A stretch of 64,000 bases of DNA from NCBI GenBank assembly GCA_017469885.1, contig JAFUFO010000036.1:89991-153990 (forward strand). Reading direction: 5' to 3'. The DNA comes from Solobacterium sp. (lineage in GTDB: Bacteria > Bacillota_I > Bacilli_A > Erysipelotrichales > Erysipelotrichaceae). Shown one piece after another: positions 57,094 to 64,000 of this stretch. Below the pieces are notes generated by a model. That model searched no databases and was not told where the DNA came from. It was given only the letters and a program-made list of their open reading frames with translations. Position numbers and translations under genes: made by a program. Position 1 is the first letter of the stretch. Each line of letters begins with the position of its first letter.

Positions 57094-57507
57094 TCACTCC
57101 ACCTTTGTTTTCTTTGCGAACTTCCCGACAATGAAGCTCATGCACAGGAAGTTGACCGGAATGTAAATCGGAACGGATACCAGCTTTGCCCACTGTTCCG
57201 GAACACCGAATCCACGGTTCAGAATCTCTACGATCAGGAAGGAAATGATCCAGCCCGGCACATAGCTGAGCGGAAAGGTCACAAAGCTCTTCCAGGACAT
57301 TTTCTCATGATACGTAAACCGCATGTTCAGAATATAGGACGGGATCATGGAAAGCGCATCTGCGAGAATCGATGCGAGACCGACTTCCGCACCAAGCGCA
57401 ATAAATCCATGATTCAGAAGCAGTGACACTACAGTATTAAATCCGCCGATAATTCCAAACGTCAGAAACTTTTTATTCAGAAACTTTTCCTTAATCTTAT
57501 TCCACAT
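57094..57507 (-). CDS. GtrA family protein (lipid-linked sugar flippase-like)
   Basis: FGIIGGFNT, YILNMRFTY, four TM segments, PVNFL. Confidence 0.8.
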   Translation of the reverse strand: MWNKIKEKFLNKKFLTFGIIGGFNTVVSLLLNHGFIALGAEVGLASILADALSMIPSYILNMRFTYHEKMSWKSFVTFPLSYVPGWIISFLIVEILNRGFGVPEQWAKLVSVPIYIPVNFLCMSFIVGKFAKKTKVE

Positions 57508-57673
57508 AATCGTTACCCGCTGACTATTATACGTTACCGGACGGAAATCGCATAATCCATAACTGCGATAATCCGTCAATTAACAAGGAACAATGGAAAT
57601 ACCGCATGTTCAGAGTCCTGCAGGAAATCATCAGACATAATAAAACCCGCACGGTTATGCGGGCTTATAAGTA

Positions 57674-57757
57674 TGGGGACAGCGGGACTTGAACCCGCAC
57701 GGTGTTGCCACCAAAGGATTTTAAGTCCTTTGCGTCTGCCGATTCCGCCATGTTCCC
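57674..57757 (-). tRNA. tRNA-Leu(TAA)
   Basis: AAGGA-CT-TAA-AA-TCCTT; long variable arm; CCA not encoded. Confidence 0.95.
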
Positions 57758-57773
57758 GTATCTATAAAAAAAT

Positions 57774-57847
57774 TGGAGGTTCCTGCCGGACTTGAACCGG
57801 CGATCACAGAGTTGCAGTCTGTTGCCTTACCACTTGGCTAAGGAACC
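57774..57847 (-). tRNA. tRNA-Cys(GCA)
   Basis: ACAGA-CT-GCA-AC-TCTGT; CCA encoded. Confidence 0.96.
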
Positions 57848-57945
57848 ATCCATCAATGCCAAATTATTTTATAACAGAGATGAAATCTTTTCAACAATGT
57901 TTTCGGGCAGACTGCAGGAATGTGCAGTTCTGCCCGAATGCATGG

Positions 57946-60258
57946 TTATTCAACTGCCGCAATCAGATAGATCAGTGCGGAGTTGTAATAGACCGCCACT
58001 TCATTGGTGGAGAAGCTTCGATGATCGTCTGCGTACATCTTTGCGACCGGTGTTTCCCACGGCATGGCTTCCATGATGTCATCTTCTCTTGAGGCATCAG
58101 GTCCGCCGGACAGTGCACCTTCGATCATCGTCTGTTTGGCAATCGTGAGACGGTTATGCTGGTTTTTCGGACTGCGTGTTCCAAACCCGGAGACAAAGCA
58201 GTAATCCAGACAGTTCTTTCCGAGGATATAGTTCAGCTGTTCAATCGCCATCTGTTCGTACTTCTGATCCCCGGTGATATCATAGGCCATCGCAAGAACA
58301 ATTCCGTCGTTTGCGACAAAGGAGTTGCTGCCCCACTCATACAGTATATTGGCAACGTTATATCCGGAGCCGTTTGCGGCATTGCACAGATGTTCCGCGG
58401 TATCCCGCAGCTCATCCGTCATGGTCTGATAGAATTCCGGATCATCCGTTTCGCCATTCGGACTGGTCAGAAACAGATAGACGCCGAAGATGCCGTTATT
58501 CTTCCAGGACACAGAGTTAATTACTGCATCCCGTTCCTCATCGTAAATATCACGTGCATCTTCCAGGAATCCGGTCTCTCCGGTTGCGGCATAGAGTGCC
58601 ATCTTTGCGGTAAAACGCGCATCACGGTCGGAATCATCCAGATACTGACCGGCTGTCACATCCGGCGGATTCATGGTCAGAGTGTAATCCCCGTGCCCTG
58701 AAAGATATTTATCTGCCCTTCTTGCGGCTTCCAGACAGCGGTTCGCAAAGTCCGGATCAATTTCCCGGAATGCCATCGCGGCGATCGCATAACTTCCTTC
58801 CGCATCCGCGGTGGATACGGTATCCGGCGCAAACAGCATCACCGGCAGCTGGTCCGCTTCCGGTGCAGTATTATCCGGCGGGAAACCGGATGAAGTTGCC
58901 TTGCAGAAGACGCTGCCGTCTTCCATCTGCATCTTAAGCAGGAATTCCATTTCATATCTTGCTTCATCCAGAATGTCCGCAATGCCGTTTCCGCTGTCCG
59001 GACCGCCGATCTCATCGGTGAATTCATCCGGTGCCGTCAGATATGCCAGCATCAGGTCATTGACCGCCTTGGTTCCGGTGGAAACATACCGGCCGAAGTC
59101 ACCGGCATCATGCCAGCCTCCGGTCACATTCACCCACATATCGGTGAGATAGAAATTCGCATCCGCGGTATGACAGCCTGCATGTGCCGCTTTCCCTGCC
59201 CATTCACCAAGTTCGGAGCCGCAGCGCTGATAGCTCAGCATGCGGATCGCAGAGCTCTGCAGAACGGAGTACGGGTCGCCGTTGATCACAAATGGCTGGG
59301 AAATCAGTCCGCTCTGTGTCCGGATGAAGTAGGTTCCGGGAACCTGAAGATTTGTGAAGTCTCCGTAGTAGTTGGTTTCTCCGGTATAGGGATCCTGTAT
59401 GCGGTGCACAATCGCACCGGAATAGGCAATCGCATTGGTGTCCGCATTGACCACATCAAAGAGATCTCCGCAGCTGTAGATGAAGGTACAGCGTTTCTGT
59501 TCGGTTGTGAGGTAGCCAAGCTGGTTGACCCGCACTGCCTCATTGTCATCACTGCCGATGATGCGCAGCGCATGAATGGTTACGGTATGGGCATCCGTGA
59601 TGCCGTTGTTTCCAAGGTCAAAGGACAGCACGCCGTTATATCCCCCGGCGCCGGAGGGAACCGTGAAGTTCCATTCAAAATACTGCATGTCCTGCGTCAG
59701 AGAAAATGCCGTTGTCCCAAATCCCGTTCCGGTATCGCCGTTATAGGCACGCAGCTGAATCTTGCGCGGTACCGAGGAAGAAGCATTCAGAAACAGATGA
59801 TAGGTTTTGCCGGATTCAAACGGAATCCCCCAGCGGCTGACGGTCGCCGACGTGATCGAGGAACCGGTTGCGCCGACATTGGCGACAATGGTTTCAAACG
59901 TGTTGGCCGTATCGACATATGCATTTGACTCATCAAAGGACGGAACCCATTCACTCGTGAAGCCTTCATCGGGATCTTCCGCTTTGTATTCCGTACGATC
60001 ATGCGGAATCTTCAGCATGGACGTATAGACGGTAATCGGCTCCGGGGTCGGTTCCGGGGTTGCGGTGACAACCGGGGTCGGAGCCGGCGTCGGAATCGGC
60101 GTCGTTTCAATGACCGCTTCCACCCCTTTTCTGGTATCCGAGGAGCGAAGCATCCCAACTCCGAGAACTGCCGCGTCAAAAACAAGCAGCGCCACGATCA
60201 TGAGCGCAACTTTCAGGGTATATGTTTTCTGTAATACAGAGGTCATCTTCTTTTTCAT
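57946..60258 (-). CDS. Glycoside hydrolase family 9 with N-terminal anchor, PT linker, CBM4-like and Ig-like domains
   Basis: TM, TPIPTPAPTP linker, VRVNQLGY, GGWHDAGD, NQHNR, FSTNEVAVYYN. Confidence 0.9.
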   Translation of the reverse strand: MKKKMTSVLQKTYTLKVALMIVALLVFDAAVLGVGMLRSSDTRKGVEAVIETTPIPTPAPTPVVTATPEPTPEPITVYTSMLKIPHDRTEYKAEDPDEGFTSEWVPSFDESNAYVDTANTFETIVANVGATGSSITSATVSRWGIPFESGKTYHLFLNASSSVPRKIQLRAYNGDTGTGFGTTAFSLTQDMQYFEWNFTVPSGAGGYNGVLSFDLGNNGITDAHTVTIHALRIIGSDDNEAVRVNQLGYLTTEQKRCTFIYSCGDLFDVVNADTNAIAYSGAIVHRIQDPYTGETNYYGDFTNLQVPGTYFIRTQSGLISQPFVINGDPYSVLQSSAIRMLSYQRCGSELGEWAGKAAHAGCHTADANFYLTDMWVNVTGGWHDAGDFGRYVSTGTKAVNDLMLAYLTAPDEFTDEIGGPDSGNGIADILDEARYEMEFLLKMQMEDGSVFCKATSSGFPPDNTAPEADQLPVMLFAPDTVSTADAEGSYAIAAMAFREIDPDFANRCLEAARRADKYLSGHGDYTLTMNPPDVTAGQYLDDSDRDARFTAKMALYAATGETGFLEDARDIYDEERDAVINSVSWKNNGIFGVYLFLTSPNGETDDPEFYQTMTDELRDTAEHLCNAANGSGYNVANILYEWGSNSFVANDGIVLAMAYDITGDQKYEQMAIEQLNYILGKNCLDYCFVSGFGTRSPKNQHNRLTIAKQTMIEGALSGGPDASREDDIMEAMPWETPVAKMYADDHRSFSTNEVAVYYNSALIYLIAAVE

Positions 60259-60392
60259 AAACGTATTAATTATATAAAATAACGGGCAGTTTGTTAAAAT
60301 TCACAAACCGCCCATCCCAAAGAATCTTTGCACATCCTTATTATTGTTAATTATCCGGCACATAAATAAAAGACAGATTTCTCCGATCGGAG

Positions 60393-60815
60393 TTATCTGT
60401 CTTCACTGCTGTTTTCGGATTCAATCAGGTTTCGGATCTCATTCAGGATGCGGTTTTTCTCTTCCGCGATCCGCGGCATGATCTGTTGCTGGATCTCAGC
60501 GACTTTGGAAAGGTGGTTTTCAAGCTTGGCATTGATCATCTGAACCGTTGCCTCCGCATTCTCCTTTGTCAGAATGTCAAAGCGTGCCTGGGCTTCCCGC
60601 AGCCGGCGGGACAGCTCATTGTCCTGGCTCAGTACCGCCGCGATTTTCTCCGGCGCAATGCCGTTCTTCTTACGGCGGACATCCTGTTCGATCAGACGGA
60701 GAATGTATTCCTTGACGGTGATATTCTCACGCGCGGCAGAATCGCTCAGTACCTTCAGTGTGGACTCAGGTACAGGAAGGACGATTTTCTCTACAGTTTC
60801 TTCTTCCATTATCAT
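60393..60815 (-). CDS. Hypothetical protein with ribbon-helix-helix-like N-terminus and coiled coil
   Basis: KIVLPVPESTLKVLSDSAARENITVKEYILRLIE; SD GAGG. Confidence 0.55.
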   Translation of the reverse strand: MIMEEETVEKIVLPVPESTLKVLSDSAARENITVKEYILRLIEQDVRRKKNGIAPEKIAAVLSQDNELSRRLREAQARFDILTKENAEATVQMINAKLENHLSKVAEIQQQIMPRIAEEKNRILNEIRNLIESENSSEDR

Positions 60816-60909
60816 GTTTTCAACCTCTGGTTAATTTCACTATAGCATTTCCAGCGGATTCCATGCCAAAGGAAAAGCTCTCCAATGGAGAGCTTTCGAT
60901 GATCTCTTA

Positions 60910-61257
60910 TCAACGATCTTCCTTGATACGGGCGTTCTTCGCGGACAGACCCTTGAGGTATGTCAGCTTCGCACGTCTTACCTTACCGCGGCGGGTAACT
61001 TCAATGTGATCGATGATCGGGCTGTTGATCGGGAATGTACGCTGTACGCCGATACCGCCGGAAATCTTACGAACTGTGAATGTTTCTCCGATGCCGCCGT
61101 TCTTCTTGGATACGCAGACGCCTTCGAACATCTGGATACGGGACTTCTCACCTTCACGAATACGTACGTAAACCTTCAGTGTGTCGCCCGGCTTGAATGT
61201 CGGAACATCGTTGCGGATCTGATCTTTTGTGATCTTGTCAACTAAATCGAGTCTCAT
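60910..61257 (-). CDS. rplS: 50S ribosomal protein L19
   Basis: [31 protein letters not shown]. Confidence 0.97.
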   Translation of the reverse strand: MRLDLVDKITKDQIRNDVPTFKPGDTLKVYVRIREGEKSRIQMFEGVCVSKKNGGIGETFTVRKISGGIGVQRTFPINSPIIDHIEVTRRGKVRRAKLTYLKGLSAKNARIKEDR

Positions 61258-61261
61258 CTTT

Positions 61262-61335
61262 CTTCTCCTTATAACTGTCAGATAATCATCCGCTCATAGT
61301 CCCGAACCGGCCAGCGGAGCACATGATGCGCAATC
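61262..61335 (-). promoter_or_regulatory. Probable L19 leader (autoregulatory RNA)
   Basis: 5' UTR of rplS with the CCGCTG motif and GCTC/GAGC pairing. Confidence 0.5.
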
Positions 61336-61403
61336 GCGCAAGCAATATATTAGCACAGCACACATGGTCTTTCAACAGGAAAAACCGCTGTTTCACGCCA
61401 TTT

Positions 61404-62192
61404 TCAGCCTGGATAAGACCGTGTGATCCAGCCGAAGTGCAGGCAGGCCTTCATGATTCCGTCATCGGTATTCTCTGCCGTGACATAGTCTGCCCTGTCC
61501 TTGAGTTCCTGCATGCCGTTTCCCATCGCAATGCTGGTCCATGCCGGATCAAACATGACGAGGTCATTGACCGCATCGCCGAATACGACAACATCTTCAA
61601 TCGGCGCATCCAGCAGTTTCATCATCCGGATGATGCCGTCCTTTTTGGCATCATACTGGAAGTTCAGATAGGTTCCCATGCGGAGATGTCCATGCATGGA
61701 GATCCACGGGTGACGGTCTTCTTCTCCCTTCGGCACAGCGATATAGATCTTGAAGATCTCCGGAATCGTATCCGGATTCAGATCAGCATCCAGAATATAG
61801 GTTGTCAGTTCCGTCCGCCGTCCTGCCTGTTCCAGAAAGCGGAAGTCCTTCATATATACCTTGTCGCTGTCATCCAGCATCAGAACATAGCCAAGCCCAT
61901 CTTCTTCCGCATGATGGATCAGCTTTCGTGCAATCTCAATCGGCAGCGGAATGTTTTCCAGCGTCACCCCGTCTTTAACCAGACACGCCCCTCCGCAGCA
62001 GACCAGATTTCGGATCCCGATCGGATCGGTAAACGACACGGTCTTATAGTGTGCACGTCCGGTCGCAATTGACACAAAGTGACCGTTCCGTTCCAGTTCA
62101 TGGAGGGTCCATTCCGCACTCGGAACGATCTTATGCGTCGCATCGTCCGTCAGTGTCGCATCGATATCAAAGAAGAAATATTTCTTTTTCAT
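61404..62192 (-). CDS. Cof-type HAD-IIB hydrolase
   Basis: FFDIDATL, IATGR, FGDAVND, AMGNG. Confidence 0.9.
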   Translation of the reverse strand: MKKKYFFFDIDATLTDDATHKIVPSAEWTLHELERNGHFVSIATGRAHYKTVSFTDPIGIRNLVCCGGACLVKDGVTLENIPLPIEIARKLIHHAEEDGLGYVLMLDDSDKVYMKDFRFLEQAGRRTELTTYILDADLNPDTIPEIFKIYIAVPKGEEDRHPWISMHGHLRMGTYLNFQYDAKKDGIIRMMKLLDAPIEDVVVFGDAVNDLVMFDPAWTSIAMGNGMQELKDRADYVTAENTDDGIMKACLHFGWITRSYPG

Positions 62193-62884
62193 TTTGCCTT
62201 TACCGCCTTCATGCGGAACCCATTATCGCACGGGATCGCCTCAATTGCGAAGTCAAACCGATCCGGATCCACACAGAGCCAGAAATCCGGTTCCGGAAAG
62301 ACATCCGCCTGCGCAGGATCGAAGAACTTCTTTCCCTCGTAATATCGCAGATCCTCTGCCCGCTTTCGGATATCCTTCATCGGAGTTCCTTCCAGCAGGG
62401 ACTGAATATACTGTGCACAAAGCAGATCCTCTTCCGTATTGCGCTTGCCTTCCCAGCCCATGCATACAAGACTGACATGGTCTGTTCCGGAAGCACGGAT
62501 TACATCTGCGGTTGCCCTTGCGTTGACGAGGGATGCCGCAAAGATCCGTTCGGCACGGGAAGCACAGGTCAGACCCTGTGTTCCGGCAGACGTCGTATGG
62601 ATCACATCACGTCCGCTGAAGTCCACCCCGTTTACGGCAGCCGGACTGTTTCCGTAATCAAATCCGGGCAGGATCCGTCCATGGCGCTCTCCGATCAGTA
62701 TCGTATCGGGATCTGCCTGTTTTGCGGCATAGGCCGTTTCGGTTTTCCCGACTGCGGTCAGGCTGTCTGCGTTCTGGGCAAGCACAAACGGCTCGAGTGA
62801 AAATGCCCGAAATACATCGATAATCACAGCGGTGCCCGCCGCATTGCGGGCACCGTCGACCAGTTCCAGTATCTCGATCTTCAT
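62189..62884 (-). CDS. 2-phosphosulfolactate phosphatase (ComB) family protein
   Basis: VIIDVFRAFS, IGERHG, GNSP, TTSAGT, EEDLLCA. Confidence 0.85.
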   Translation of the reverse strand: MKIEILELVDGARNAAGTAVIIDVFRAFSLEPFVLAQNADSLTAVGKTETAYAAKQADPDTILIGERHGRILPGFDYGNSPAAVNGVDFSGRDVIHTTSAGTQGLTCASRAERIFAASLVNARATADVIRASGTDHVSLVCMGWEGKRNTEEDLLCAQYIQSLLEGTPMKDIRKRAEDLRYYEGKKFFDPAQADVFPEPDFWLCVDPDRFDFAIEAIPCDNGFRMKAVKAK

Positions 62885-62886
62885 AA

Positions 62887-64000
62887 TCAGCCAATCACTC
62901 CGTAAACCATCGGATCCGGTTCATGATACTCCGGTTCGATATGAATCGACGCTTTCAGAAGACGAATGGCTTCTTCCAGGTTGGTCTCATCATTGACATA
63001 CAGTACCGCCAGCGAATCACCAGCCGATACTTTCGCGCCGCAGCGCACCTTCATGACAAGACCGACTGCCGGATCGATCGGATCCTCTTTTTTCAGACGT
63101 CCTGCGCCAAGCAGCCGCGCCGTTTCGCCGATCTCCTCTGCCGCCATGGACACAACATATCCATCCCGGTCCGCCCATACCGGTACACGGCGTTTTACCG
63201 CGACCAGTTCGTTCATCCGTTCCGGTGTCAGATACGAGGCATCGCCGCCCTGCAGTTCAATCATTTTCTGCAGGCGGGCAAGGCCTTCGCCATTCTGAAT
63301 CTTTTCCTTCAGCATTCTTCTTGCGTCCGTATCATTTTCCGCAAGTCCCGCCAGTTCCAGCATCGAGGATCCAAGGATCATGCATACCTCATACAGCGGA
63401 TCGGTTTCCGGAATCCGTCCGGACAGCAGTTCCACCGCTTCCTGCACTTCCAGGGCATTTCCGACGGCCATGCCAAGGGGCTGATTCATATCGGTAATGG
63501 CCGCCCGTACCTTTCGGCCGGAACGGGTTCCGATACTGACCATCAGTTCCGCCAGCTGCCTTGCCTCTTCCACCGTACGCATGAACGCACCGCTTCCGGT
63601 TTTGACATCAAGCATGATCACATCCGCGCCGCTCGCCAGTTTCTTGGACATGATGGAAGATGCGATCAGCGGAATGGACCGCACCGTTGCGGTGACATCA
63701 CGCAGTGCATACATCTTCTTGTCTGCCGGCACAAGATTTGCCGACTGTCCGATGACGGAAACGCCGTTTTCCCGGACAATCTCCCGGAAGCGTTCCATCG
63801 GGATTTCCACATTGGTTCCCGGAATGGACTCCAGCTTATCGAGGGTTCCGCCGGTATGGCCAAGTCCGCGTCCGCTCATCTTTGCGACGGTGCCGCCGCA
63901 GGCCGCAACCAGCGGCGCAACGACCAGTGTCGTCGTATCCCCGACGCCGCCGGTGCTGTGCTTATCAAGCTTGACGCCCGGAAGATCGGAAAGATCAACG
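62887..64000 (-). CDS. pdp: Pyrimidine-nucleoside phosphorylase (5' end beyond the window)
   Basis: DKHSTGGVGD, KMSGRGLGHTGGTLDKLE, SSIMSKK, QPLG.AVGNALEV. Confidence 0.95.
   Translation of the reverse strand, partial: VDLSDLPGVKLDKHSTGGVGDTTTLVVAPLVAACGGTVAKMSGRGLGHTGGTLDKLESIPGTNVEIPMERFREIVRENGVSVIGQSANLVPADKKMYALRDVTATVRSIPLIASSIMSKKLASGADVIMLDVKTGSGAFMRTVEEARQLAELMVSIGTRSGRKVRAAITDMNQPLGMAVGNALEVQEAVELLSGRIPETDPLYEVCMILGSSMLELAGLAENDTDARRMLKEKIQNGEGLARLQKMIELQGGDASYLTPERMNELVAVKRRVPVWADRDGYVVSMAAEEIGETARLLGAGRLKKEDPIDPAVGLVMKVRCGAKVSAGDSLAVLYVNDETNLEEAIRLLKASIHIEPEYHEPDPMVYGVIG

Noticed and set aside
43916-57674. Envelope neighbourhood as a tRNA-integrated genomic island
   Set aside because: No integrase or transposase, no duplicated tRNA-Leu 3' end found by eye, and no obvious compositional shift.
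60040-60110. Short quasi-repeats (ccggggtcgg...)
   Set aside because: They encode the Pro/Thr linker of the GH9 protein; not a CRISPR or other array.

Overview
Core-genome window from an anaerobic Firmicute. Gene style and the MG284/MPN403 and DUF2779 families suggest Erysipelotrichaceae (inference). It holds about 60 CDS and 10 tRNA genes. A complete butyrate pathway is split over two convergent operons (ptb-buk-thl and thl-crt-hbd-bcd-etfB-etfA), each preceded by Rex-like operators. There is an acyl-ligase/ACP/thioesterase/AcpS module, two MBOAT+SGNH pairs, and a cell-envelope glycosylation/acylation neighbourhood (44-57.5 kb). Surface GH32 and CBM4-Ig-GH9 glycosidases and assorted housekeeping genes are also present. 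No CRISPR array, integrase, transposase or prophage gene was seen. The most unusual observations are: (1) an ACP-like domain in frame with PTS Enzyme I, which one fewer A in an A5 run would separate; (2) C instead of the near-universal U33 in both tRNA-fMet and tRNA-Ile2; (3) a set of apparently leaderless genes enriched for envelope/lipid functions; (4) the uncharacterised GtrA/GT-C/flavoprotein/MBOAT envelope neighbourhood. All product calls come from motif recognition by eye; no database search was run.
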